Source of the DNA: Bacteroidales bacterium
Lineage (GTDB): Bacteria; Bacteroidota; Bacteroidia; Bacteroidales; VadinHA17
Direction of reading: 5' to 3'
Assembly (NCBI GenBank): GCA_003141415.1
Contig: PLLX01000162.1
Location: 7,015-62,266 of the forward strand
Length of the DNA: 55,252 nt
The translations under genes and the position numbers were made by a program. Under the pieces are notes generated by a model. It was not told the DNA's origin, made no database searches, and worked only from the letters and a program-made list of their open reading frames with translations. Positions within the stretch are counted from its first letter, which is position 1. Each line of letters begins with the position of its first letter. Positions 40,021-49,360 of this stretch are shown here, piece after piece.

Positions 40021-42564
40021 ATGGATTCACAATTTTCACAAAGGGTTAAAGATATTCTGGGTTATTCCAAAGAAGAGGCTATAAGGCTGGGAAACAGCCA
40101 TATAAGTCCCGAACATCTTTTCCTTGGGATACTCAGAGATGGAGAGAGCGTGGCCATAGAAATCCTGATGAATCAGGGGATTGACCTTCAGGTTCTTAAA
40201 GGGTCTCTTGAGAAAAGTATAAAAGTTGAAAGCCCTGTACCGGTGGCAGACCATGAGGTTATTCCACTTTTAAGGAGCACAGAAAGAATACTTAAACTTG
40301 TTTATCTTGAGGCAAAAGCTCTCAAAAGCAGTACTATTGATACTGAACATCTCCTTCTGGCTATACTTAAGGATGAAAATGCTTTGGTAACAAGGTTTCT
40401 TTCAGAATTGGATGTTGATTATCAATCAGTCCGAAAAATGGTCGAGACTGAATCGCCAACTTCAAAAGCCGATTATCCCAGAGATGAAGATGATGAAGGT
40501 CAGAGTTTTACTGGTCCCGGTAAAGGACAGCCCTCTTCTCCGTCTTCCTCAAAATCTTCCTCCGATACACCCGTTTTGGATAATTTCGGAATTGACCTTA
40601 CAAAGGCAGCAGAAGAAGGGCGGTTGGACCCTGTTGTTGGCAGGGAGCGAGAGATCGAGCGACTGGCTCAGATATTGTCAAGAAGAAAAAAGAATAATCC
40701 TGTCCTTATCGGCGAACCTGGAGTTGGAAAATCTGCCATTGCAGAAGGTCTTGCTCTAAGGATTATTAAAAAGAATGTATCAAGAGTACTATTTAATAAA
40801 AGAGTGGTTGCCCTTGATCTTGCTTCAATTGTTGCCGGGACAAAATATCGCGGACAGTTTGAGGAAAGGATGAAAGCAATTCTAAATGAGCTTTCAAAAA
40901 ATGACAATATTATTCTTTTCATTGATGAGATTCACACAATTGTAGGTGCAGGAGGAGCTACAGGATCCCTCGATGCTGCGAATATGCTGAAACCTGCTCT
41001 TGCTCGTGGTGAAATTCAGTGTATTGGTGCAACAACACTCGATGAATATCGTCAGCATATTGAAAAAGACGGTGCCCTTGAAAGAAGGTTCCAGAAAGTG
41101 ATTGTTGAACCGACTTCAATTGAAGAGACTATTCATATTCTCCATAATATCAAAGAGAGATATGAAGAGCACCATAATGTTATTTATACTGATGATGCTA
41201 TCGATGCCTGTGTGAAACTCACTAACCGCTATATTTCAGACCGGCACCTTCCGGATAAGGCAATTGATGCTCTTGATGAATCAGGTTCGAGAGTTCACAT
41301 TTCAAATATAGTTGTTCCTGAAAAAATCCTTTCGCTTGAAAAACAACTTGAGGATACGAAAAAGGAAAAAATGATGGCGGTAAAGAATCAGAACTTCGAA
41401 AAAGCTGCCAGTTTCCGCGATCGCGAAAAGGACCTGCTCGATCTGATTGATCAGGAGAAGAAGAAATGGGAAAAGGAACTCGCAGTGAACCGCGAAACAG
41501 TGGATGCAGAAAAGGTTGCCGAAGTTGTAGCAATGATGACCGGTGTACCTGTCCAGCGGATTGCACAGACAGAAGGCACTCGGTTACTTAATATGGCTGA
41601 CGAACTGAGAGGAAGCATTATTGGTCAGGATGAGGCTATCTTTAAAGTTGTGAAATCAATCCAGAGGAACAGGGCGGGTCTTAAAGACCCAAACAAACCT
41701 ATAGGAACATTCATTTTCCTGGGTCCTACCGGAGTCGGAAAAACTCAACTTGCAAAAGTTCTTGCCAAGTTCCTTTTCGATACAACAGATAATCTGGTCA
41801 GGATCGATATGAGTGAATATATGGAAAAATTCTCTGTTTCACGACTTGTGGGAGCCCCTCCCGGGTATGTAGGTTATGAAGAAGGAGGCCAGCTTACTGA
41901 GAAAGTAAGGAGAAAACCATATTCAGTAGTTCTCATGGATGAAATAGAAAAGGCTCACCCGGATGTATTTCATATAATGCTTCAGGTGCTTGACGAAGGA
42001 CAATTAACCGACAGTCTTGGAAGGCGGGTCGATTTCAGAAATACGATAGTTATTCTGACTTCAAATATAGGGACCCGGCAAATAAATGAATTCGGGCATG
42101 GGATGGGTTTTGACACATCAGCTAAAAAAGAATCAAGGGATGAGCAAACTAAAAGTATCCTGCAGAAAGCCCTTCAGAAAACATTTGCACCCGAATTTCT
42201 GAACAGAATTGATGATGTCATAATGTTCAATTCATTAGGAAAAGAACAGATCAATAAAATCATCGATCTTGAATTGAGAGGTTTATATGACAGGGTCAAA
42301 TCACTTGGTTATCAATTAAAAATAGCAACTGGTGCACGGGATTTTATTGCCGAAAGAGGTTTTGATGCGAACTTTGGAGCACGGCCGCTTAAACGAGCAA
42401 TTCAGAAATATCTTGAAGACCCAATGGCTGAAGTTCTTATTAAAGCAAACCTTAAAGAAGGTGATACTATTAATGTCGGATTTAACAGCGCTAAATCAGA
42501 AATCAAGATTAAAATTCAAAAGAAAAAGATAGAGCTTCCGGAAAAATCGGATACTCCAATTTAA
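40021..42564 (+). CDS. clpC: ATP-dependent Clp protease ATPase subunit
   Basis: Clp-N domain; two AAA+ modules (GEPGVGKS, GPTGVGKT); UVR-type middle domain. Confidence 0.95.
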   Translation: MDSQFSQRVKDILGYSKEEAIRLGNSHISPEHLFLGILRDGESVAIEILMNQGIDLQVLKGSLEKSIKVESPVPVADHEVIPLLRSTERILKLVYLEAKALKSSTIDTEHLLLAILKDENALVTRFLSELDVDYQSVRKMVETESPTSKADYPRDEDDEGQSFTGPGKGQPSSPSSSKSSSDTPVLDNFGIDLTKAAEEGRLDPVVGREREIERLAQILSRRKKNNPVLIGEPGVGKSAIAEGLALRIIKKNVSRVLFNKRVVALDLASIVAGTKYRGQFEERMKAILNELSKNDNIILFIDEIHTIVGAGGATGSLDAANMLKPALARGEIQCIGATTLDEYRQHIEKDGALERRFQKVIVEPTSIEETIHILHNIKERYEEHHNVIYTDDAIDACVKLTNRYISDRHLPDKAIDALDESGSRVHISNIVVPEKILSLEKQLEDTKKEKMMAVKNQNFEKAASFRDREKDLLDLIDQEKKKWEKELAVNRETVDAEKVAEVVAMMTGVPVQRIAQTEGTRLLNMADELRGSIIGQDEAIFKVVKSIQRNRAGLKDPNKPIGTFIFLGPTGVGKTQLAKVLAKFLFDTTDNLVRIDMSEYMEKFSVSRLVGAPPGYVGYEEGGQLTEKVRRKPYSVVLMDEIEKAHPDVFHIMLQVLDEGQLTDSLGRRVDFRNTIVILTSNIGTRQINEFGHGMGFDTSAKKESRDEQTKSILQKALQKTFAPEFLNRIDDVIMFNSLGKEQINKIIDLELRGLYDRVKSLGYQLKIATGARDFIAERGFDANFGARPLKRAIQKYLEDPMAEVLIKANLKEGDTINVGFNSAKSEIKIKIQKKKIELPEKSDTPI

Positions 42565-42569
42565 AAAAG

Positions 42570-42600
42570 AAAGGCTGTCAATAATTGATGGCCTTTTTTT
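42570..42600 (+). terminator. Intrinsic terminator after clpC
   Basis: AAAGGCTGTCAA...TTGATGGCCTTTTTT. Confidence 0.7.
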
Positions 42601-42652
42601 CCCACAGTCACCTTCTAAAGCGTGTATATTTTCAGTAATCAGACTTGGTCGT

Positions 42653-42716
42653 TGAGATTGCTTCGTTGCTTATCTCCTCGTAATTGCGAGCCCGACGAAG
42701 GAGGGTGCGGCAATCT
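42653..42716. repeat. REP-like palindrome of a second type
   Basis: AGATTGC...GCAATCT ends, between convergent clpC and rimO. Confidence 0.45.
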
Positions 42717-42755
42717 AAATCCCATCCACAGAGTTAACTTAACCAAATTGTTCTG

Positions 42756-44051
42756 CTATACAGGCTTCCCATACAAATCAAATTCAGTTGATTTTGTCAT
42801 AAGGATGTTATAAAAACTACCTGGTTTCAGATTATGTTCAGCTGCAATGAGTATCTCCTGATCAACCTCCGGGCTATCGAACTCAGTTCTCCCAACAAAA
42901 TACTCACCTTCTTTTCTATCAATAATAACTTTGAATACCTTGCCAACATAAGACTCATTTAATTCTGCCGAAATATTCTGCTGTATCTCCATCAGTTCGG
43001 CAACTCTTGATTCTTTAATATCTTCCGGAATTTCATCTTTATACTCTTTATATGAGTAGGTATCCTCCTCATGTGAATATGCAAAGACACCCAGTCTGTC
43101 AAATCTGAAGTCAGTAATAAATTTTTTCAACTCAAGAAAATCCTTTTCAGATTCTCCGGGATGCCCGGCAATGAGAGTTGTTCTGATAACTGCATCAGGG
43201 ATCTCATTACGAAGTGTATTTAGTATTGCTATTGTTTCTTTCCTGTTATGAGATCTTTTCATTATACCCAACATATCATCAGTTATGTGTTGAATCGGAA
43301 TATCAATATACCGGCAAATCCTGGAGTTATCCAGGATTAAAGGAATCAGCTCCAGGGGAAAATTAGCAGGATACAGATAATGTAGTCTGATCCATTCAAG
43401 TGATTCGATTTTTAATAATTCAGTGACCAGTTCAGCCAATGCTTGTTTCCGATAAAGATCGAGTCCATAATAACTCAGATCCTGTGCTATCAGAATTAAT
43501 TCTTTGACACCATTTGAGGCCAACTGCGATGCTTCTTTTACAAGCTCCTCAACTGGTCTTGATATATATTTGCCACGGATAAACGGAATTACACAGAAAG
43601 CACATGTACGATCACAGCCTTCGGATATTTTGAGATATGCATAATGGCCGGGACCGGTAAGTGTTCTGTCGTTCAGAAGATCATCTCGTAAATTTAATCC
43701 CAGTTCATTTAAGACATCACTCATGTTATTTACCCCGAAATACTTTCTTACTTCAGGTATTTCATGTTTGAGTGCATCGGTGTATCGCTCAGAAAGGCAG
43801 CCCATTACATATAAGTTATCAATTTGACCTGACTTTTGAGCTTTAACAAACCGAAGAATAGTATCCACACTCTCTTCCTTTGCGTCATTAATAAAGCCAC
43901 ATGTATTAATAATAACGGTACCTGCACGGAAATCATCCGAATTGTAAAAGACTTCGAAGCCTCCGGCATTAAGCTGTTTCAGAAGCTTTTCCGAATCTAC
44001 AACGTTTTTAGAGCACCCGAGTGTGACAATATTTATTTTCTTGGAATTCAT
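42756..44051 (-). CDS. rimO: Ribosomal protein S12 methylthiotransferase
   Basis: LGCSKN.VDSE, NTCGFI, radical SAM CDRTCAFC and C-terminal TRAM (SPEVD). Confidence 0.97.
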   Translation of the reverse strand: MNSKKINIVTLGCSKNVVDSEKLLKQLNAGGFEVFYNSDDFRAGTVIINTCGFINDAKEESVDTILRFVKAQKSGQIDNLYVMGCLSERYTDALKHEIPEVRKYFGVNNMSDVLNELGLNLRDDLLNDRTLTGPGHYAYLKISEGCDRTCAFCVIPFIRGKYISRPVEELVKEASQLASNGVKELILIAQDLSYYGLDLYRKQALAELVTELLKIESLEWIRLHYLYPANFPLELIPLILDNSRICRYIDIPIQHITDDMLGIMKRSHNRKETIAILNTLRNEIPDAVIRTTLIAGHPGESEKDFLELKKFITDFRFDRLGVFAYSHEEDTYSYKEYKDEIPEDIKESRVAELMEIQQNISAELNESYVGKVFKVIIDRKEGEYFVGRTEFDSPEVDQEILIAAEHNLKPGSFYNILMTKSTEFDLYGKPV

Positions 44052-44286
44052 GTGAGCAATTCTATTTTTGAATTTTTACCCCCTTTCCTGTTTCCCCCTT
44101 TATTTGTGCCACCTGACAACTATAGGATTGGGATAAGTTCTTTGACATATATTGAAGATTTTAAGATTGATGTACCTTTAACTGTTTGGTGGACGAAGGG
44201 AGGGCGTAGCCCGACAGCAGTCCACCAAACAGTTAAGAATATCACGCATATATTTATTTTTTCGATGCAATTTAAATTATTAAGTC

Positions 44287-45078
44287 ATGATTAACAACTC
44301 ATCCGTCTTTAAATGGGATCGGCTTAAACAGAAGCAATTGGATACTCAATTTGTAAATATTCTGATGCAAGGCATGAATTGCTCTCAGTTTGAAGCAAAA
44401 GCTATAATTAATCAGGTTTATGAGGTATATCAACCTTTTTTTGATAATGCTTCAGCCATGAAGCCTGGACAAATGCTTTTTGAGGTAGTTGCCATCGAAA
44501 ACAGTCCCAGGAAAAAACTTTCTGAATGCACAATGCTTTCGGTCATTATTACTCTTGATGCCGGAGCCGAAGATCTAACCATAAAACAAGAACAAGGTGT
44601 TATCGGCTTACGGCATCATCGTTTACAGCGTGTGTGTTATGAAGCTTTTCAACAAGGAGGATTGCTTACGGTAGAAGATATTGCCCATCGCTTGCTAAAT
44701 TGTGGAGAACGAACTGTATGCCGGGACATTGAAGCGTTCAAAAAACAGGATATCATCTTGCCATTGCGCTCAACCGTAAAAGACATGGGGAAGTCAATTT
44801 CTCATCGTAGTCAAATTATAAAAGAGTGGTTACGTGGAAATGAATATTCCGAAATATCTCGTACAACCAATCATAGTATAGATGCCGTAGCGAACTACGT
44901 AGACAAATTTAAACGAATAGTTTGTTTGGCCAAGGACAACTACGAAATCCATACTATTGCTTTTATGGTTAAGTTATCTCCTTCGCTTACACAAGAGTAT
45001 TACAATCTATATGAAAGTGAAAAGATAGCCAGCCATCGAAAAGAAGAGTTGAACGATTTAACTAAAAAAAACAATTAA
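44287..45078 (+). CDS. DUF1670-like protein A
   Basis: KPGQ, EAFQQGGLLT.EDIA, DMG...SH and NHS..AV.NY motifs. Confidence 0.8.
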   Translation: MINNSSVFKWDRLKQKQLDTQFVNILMQGMNCSQFEAKAIINQVYEVYQPFFDNASAMKPGQMLFEVVAIENSPRKKLSECTMLSVIITLDAGAEDLTIKQEQGVIGLRHHRLQRVCYEAFQQGGLLTVEDIAHRLLNCGERTVCRDIEAFKKQDIILPLRSTVKDMGKSISHRSQIIKEWLRGNEYSEISRTTNHSIDAVANYVDKFKRIVCLAKDNYEIHTIAFMVKLSPSLTQEYYNLYESEKIASHRKEELNDLTKKNN

Positions 45079-45104
45079 TCAATCAAAAAAACACAGAACA
45101 CCAA

Positions 45105-45861
45105 ATGATACGAAAACCTGACGGTATCCGCAAATATAGCACAGCTCATGATCGTTTTCTTCAACCTGCCATAGTAAACTTTCTTACCCGCGAGTTCTCT
45201 GGTATGTTTGGTCCAATGGTTCGCAAAAATATTGCCAACGAACTAGTAACTCTTTTTAATGAGCTTTGCCCTGAAACAACACGATTAAAGCCCGGGCAAA
45301 TTATCTGGAATGCTTTGGATAAGTACTCGTGCAGACTCCCCAAACCGAAAATACAAACCTGTAATACTTACTCTGATTAATGAGGATGACATTGTTCTTT
45401 TTGAAAAACAGATTACACCAAATAAAATCAAACAGCAAGTAATGGCAAGAATGATCAGGGAGACGTATGCACAGGGAGGTGCTCTATCCATGAGAGATCT
45501 AAGTTTGCTTCTTTTGACTAATTCTTCTAGCTTATCAGGCTTGAGAACTCAATATGAACAAGAACATAAAACTGTTTTACCACATACGGGTGTATTGCAT
45601 GATATGGGCTCTACAATAACACATAAAGTACAAATAGTACTTAAACACGTTGTTGACAAAAAAGCACCAAATATTGTTGCCCGTGAAACTAACCATTCTC
45701 AAAGAGCTGTTGATCATTATCTTAGAGATTACCACCGAGTTAAAACATTACACAATGATAACAAAGATGTTGACTACATTCACACAACAACAAACATATC
45801 CAAAACAGTTATTAATCAGTATCTTAAAATCATCAACCAATATGTCAAAGAACCCTGTTAA
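45105..45861 (+). pseudogene. DUF1670-like protein B, frameshifted near 45324
   Basis: KPGQIIWNALDK in ORF 45105 continues as TRADSPN...ETYAQGGALS...HDMG...TH...NHS..AV.HY in ORF 45310. Confidence 0.75.
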
Positions 45862-46033
45862 TAATTTAATAAATTTACCCTTGTTTTGTCAGGTGACATT
45901 ATCAAGGGGGAAATGATAATTCCTCACCTTTTCCCTGGAATGTTTTGTAGACGAAGAATATTTTCAACTCCTTCTCCCGTGAGGGAAGGTTGGGAAGGGG
46001 GTTAAAAAATTAGAGAAGTCAAATAACCAACAA

Positions 46034-46990
46034 TTATTTCTCACTGAAAAGCGAATCGACAAAATCAATCCGGTTAAATAAAAGGAGGTCTTCAAGTTTC
46101 TCACCTATTCCTATATATTTAACGGGTATTTTGAATTGGTCAGAGATGCCGATTACCACTCCTCCTTTTGCCGTGCCATCAAGTTTTGTAATTGCCATTG
46201 CTGTTACATTTGTTGCTGCAGTGAACTGTTTAGCCTGCTCAAATGCATTTTGGCCTGTTGATCCATCCAGAACCAGGAGAACTTCATGTGGTGCTTCCGG
46301 GATGACTTTCTCCATAACCCTTTTTATCTTAGACAACTCTGTCATAAGATTTATTTTATTATGAAGTCGTCCTGCAGTATCAATTATAACAACATCTGTT
46401 TCCGTGGATACTGCTGATCTGAGTGTATCATATGCTACTGATGCCGGGTCTGATCCCATTTGTTGCTTTACAAGCGGAACTCCTACCCTGTCGGCCCAGA
46501 TCTGTAGTTGATCAATTGCTGCTGCCCTGAAAGTATCAGCTGCACCAATAAGGACTTTATTACCGGCTGATTTAAATTGATAAGCAAGCTTCGCAATAGT
46601 TGTTGTTTTACCTGCACCATTCACACCGACGACCATAATAACATAAGGAACATTTTTTAATGCCTGTGAAAAGTCTGAATCTGAACCGGTCTGATTTTTT
46701 TCCAGCAGAGCTACGATCTCTTCTTTCAGGATTGCATTCAGTTCGCTGGTATTTAGATATTTATCTCTGGCTACTCTGGCTTCGATACGTTCTATAATCC
46801 TTAGAGTTGTTTCTACACCTACATCAGAAGAGACGAGAACTTCTTCAAGGTTATCAAGGACTTCTTCATCAACTTTTGATTTCCCTGCAACAGCTCTGGA
46901 AAGCTTATGAAAAACGCTCTCCTTTGTTTTCTCGAGGCCCTTATTGAGGCTCTCCTTCTTATCCTTTCCAAGAAATCCCAGCAAAGCCAT
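46034..46990 (-). CDS. ftsY: SRP receptor GTPase
   Basis: GVNGAGKTTT, DTFRAAA, DTAGR and TKLDGTAKGG motifs. Confidence 0.98.
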   Translation of the reverse strand: MALLGFLGKDKKESLNKGLEKTKESVFHKLSRAVAGKSKVDEEVLDNLEEVLVSSDVGVETTLRIIERIEARVARDKYLNTSELNAILKEEIVALLEKNQTGSDSDFSQALKNVPYVIMVVGVNGAGKTTTIAKLAYQFKSAGNKVLIGAADTFRAAAIDQLQIWADRVGVPLVKQQMGSDPASVAYDTLRSAVSTETDVVIIDTAGRLHNKINLMTELSKIKRVMEKVIPEAPHEVLLVLDGSTGQNAFEQAKQFTAATNVTAMAITKLDGTAKGGVVIGISDQFKIPVKYIGIGEKLEDLLLFNRIDFVDSLFSEK

Positions 46991-47080
46991 CAGATTATGA
47001 TTAATTTGAATAGTAATGATAAAAAAAGCTTTCTCCCGCTAAGAAGAAAGCCATGAATATCTTATGAAAAATAATTGCGG

Positions 47081-47236
47081 TTACTTCTTTGCAAAGAACT
47101 CTTTAATGTGATCATTATGAATGATCTCTTCTTTAAACAGATAAGAACCTGATTTATCTGATTTGGTCATTTTGATGCATTTCGTAAATGCCTTGCCTGC
47201 TCCTGTCTTAAGTGATGCAACAACTTTCTTTGCCAT
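47081..47236 (-). CDS. DUF4295-family small protein (51 aa; absent from the ORF track)
   Basis: MAKKVVASLKTGAGKAFTKCIKMTKSDKSGSYLFKEE...; usual Bacteroidota position between rpmG and ftsY. Confidence 0.85.
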   Translation of the reverse strand: MAKKVVASLKTGAGKAFTKCIKMTKSDKSGSYLFKEEIIHNDHIKEFFAKK

Positions 47237-47248
47237 GGTTTAACTTAT

Positions 47249-47437
47249 TTACTTAATTTCTCTGTGAAGTGTATGTTTTTTAAGAATAGGATTGTATTTC
47301 TTCCTTTCAAGACGGTCAGGAGTGTTCTTCCTGTTTTTTGTTGTAATATATCTTGATGTGCCGGGTTGTCCGCTCTCTTTATGTTCGGTACATTCCAGAA
47401 TTACCTGTTGTCTGTTACCTTTAGCCTTCTTTGCCAT
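47249..47437 (-). CDS. rpmG: 50S ribosomal protein L33
   Basis: ILECTEH...[18 protein letters not shown]. Confidence 0.97.
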   Translation of the reverse strand: MAKKAKGNRQQVILECTEHKESGQPGTSRYITTKNRKNTPDRLERKKYNPILKKHTLHREIK

Positions 47438-47451
47438 TTTCTATCCTGTTT

Positions 47452-47694
47452 TTAATAATTCAAAATGTAACCTTTTTCTTTAGCTTCTTTTAATACGGAG
47501 GTGAGTCCCTTTTTACTTATAAGACGGATGCCCGAAGCTGAAATTTTAAGTGAAATCCACCTTTCTTCTTCGGGAAGGTAATATTTTTTAATAAAAAGAT
47601 TAGGATAGAATTTTCTCTTGGTCCTTCTCTTAGAGTGCGAAACGTTGTTTCCGACCATCGCCTTTTTCCCTGTAACCTGACAAATTCTTGACAT
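47452..47694 (-). CDS. rpmB: 50S ribosomal protein L28
   Basis: [10 protein letters not shown]...GNNVSHS...PNL. Confidence 0.97.
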   Translation of the reverse strand: MSRICQVTGKKAMVGNNVSHSKRRTKRKFYPNLFIKKYYLPEEERWISLKISASGIRLISKKGLTSVLKEAKEKGYILNY

Positions 47695-47817
47695 TGATGT
47701 TTGTTTTACTTCTTAACTAACGTTTGTCCTTTTTAAACGAAGCGCAAAATACGTGATTTTTATCTTATTAAACAAATATTTAATCTACTTTTTTTAAAGA
47801 GCAGGTAGAAATGCGGA

Positions 47818-49059
47818 TTAAGAATTGATTATCTGTTTTCTAAGAATGTTCAGTGCTGCCAGGGAAAACCTTTTAATATTGGTGATTCTGTCATTTCCGA
47901 AAACACGTTTTTCATAAATAACCTCTTTTTCGGAAGCAACTGCTATCCAAATAGTTCCAACAGGTTTTGTCTCTGTTCCGCCATCCGGTCCCGCAATACC
48001 CGATGTAGCAACTGCATAATCTGTTTTAAATAGTTTTCTCGCTCCGATAGCCATTTCTTTAACAGTTTCCTGGCTGACTGCCCCATGTTTTTCAATTATA
48101 TATTCCTGTACACCAAGTAATTGTGTCTTAACTGAATTTGCATAGGCAATTACAGAACCTTTATAATATACTGAGCTTCCGGCGACACTTGTTAACAAAT
48201 GAGCAATCTCGCCACCTGTGCAACTCTCTGCAGTTGAAACAGTTTTTTTATTGTACTTTAATAATTTCCCTATAACCATTTCCAGGGACTCTTCATCTTC
48301 TCCATATATGAACTCAGGAATAGTCTCATAGAGCTTACCGACCTGCTCATTAATAAGATTAGATAATGCATTATAATCTGCTCCTGTTCCAGTTAGTCTC
48401 AGTTTTATTACTCCTGAAGCAGGAAGATAAGCAAGCTTAATATTTGTGGGAAGTTCGTATTCAAAAGTAGTAAGAATATCTGCTAGTTTAGATTCGAAAG
48501 TACCATAAGTCATTATATTTCTATGAATTATGATTTGCGACGTGAAGCGTTTATTTAATTCAGGAAGTACAAGTTCTGTCATAAGATACTTCATTTCATG
48601 CGGAACACCAGGCATTGAAATATAGATAGTACCATCTCTTTCAAACCACATTCCGGGAGCTGTTCCTTCAGCGTTTTTTAAAACCCTGCATGATTCCGGA
48701 ACTTCAGCCTGCCGTCGGTTTTTTTCATTCATCGGGAAATTACGTAGTCTCATCATATCTTCAATCATGCTAAGTACTTCATTACTCATAATAAGATGAG
48801 TATCAAAGAATTCACAAAGTGTTTGTTTTGTTATGTCATCACTTGTGGGACCAAGACCACCGGTAATTAAAACAACATCAGTTTTGCCGGCCGCTTCACT
48901 TAATGCATAAATGATATCATCCCTCCTGTCGTGAACAGATGTTATGCGATAAACATCAAAGCCTGATTTGCTCAGTTCCGCACCCATCCATGCTGAATTG
49001 GTATCTATGGTTTGTCCTATAAGTAGCTCATCTCCTATTGTTATTATTGCTGCCTTCAT
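47818..49059 (-). CDS. cinA: CinA-like protein (MocF + PncC NMN deamidase)
   Basis: IGDELL.G, TGGLGPT.DD.T, AESCTGG and GIAGPDGG motifs. Confidence 0.93.
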   Translation of the reverse strand: MKAAIITIGDELLIGQTIDTNSAWMGAELSKSGFDVYRITSVHDRRDDIIYALSEAAGKTDVVLITGGLGPTSDDITKQTLCEFFDTHLIMSNEVLSMIEDMMRLRNFPMNEKNRRQAEVPESCRVLKNAEGTAPGMWFERDGTIYISMPGVPHEMKYLMTELVLPELNKRFTSQIIIHRNIMTYGTFESKLADILTTFEYELPTNIKLAYLPASGVIKLRLTGTGADYNALSNLINEQVGKLYETIPEFIYGEDEESLEMVIGKLLKYNKKTVSTAESCTGGEIAHLLTSVAGSSVYYKGSVIAYANSVKTQLLGVQEYIIEKHGAVSQETVKEMAIGARKLFKTDYAVATSGIAGPDGGTETKPVGTIWIAVASEKEVIYEKRVFGNDRITNIKRFSLAALNILRKQIINS

Positions 49060-49138
49060 ATATTTCCGGATAAAGAATTTTGTCAATAAAAAATAGAATA
49101 ATTGGCAAGTAAATACAAATCTAATGATTTTCTTCGTT

Positions 49139-49262
49139 CACCCCGACCCAAATTTGCTTCGCTGAAGCTACGCAAAAGCGAAGAGGGAAGCGAAGAACCG
49201 AGCCGCCAAAGACGGGGAGCTCGACAAAGTCAAAATCAATTTACTCCCCCTGGAGATGGGGT
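49139..49262. repeat. REP-like palindromic repeat
   Basis: CCCCG...CTTCGCT...AGCGAAG...CGGGG and CTCCCCCTGGAGATGGGG. Confidence 0.45.
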
Positions 49263-49360
49263 AAATAAATTGATTTTCAAGCGATTCAGGATGGTAAATT
49301 GGTTATGGTTCAGGTTACAATTTTTTTTTGTAAGTTCAACTGGCAATTTATATCGAAGAA

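Larger units (their letters stand above)
44099..45902 (+). mobile_element. Candidate IS-like element carrying two DUF1670-like genes
   Basis: Inverted repeats TGCCACCTGACAA (44107-44119) and TTGTCAGGTGACA (45886-45898); splits a REP-like hairpin; antisense inside the ftsY-rimO run. Confidence 0.75.

Noticed and set aside
43836-44294. 152-aa ORF crossing the element's left end
   Set aside because: Antisense to rimO and runs through repeat and hairpin DNA; not a credible gene.
44287-45861. IS110/IS3/IS21 transposase assignment
   Set aside because: No DEDD, DDE or IstB ATPase motifs are visible in either protein.
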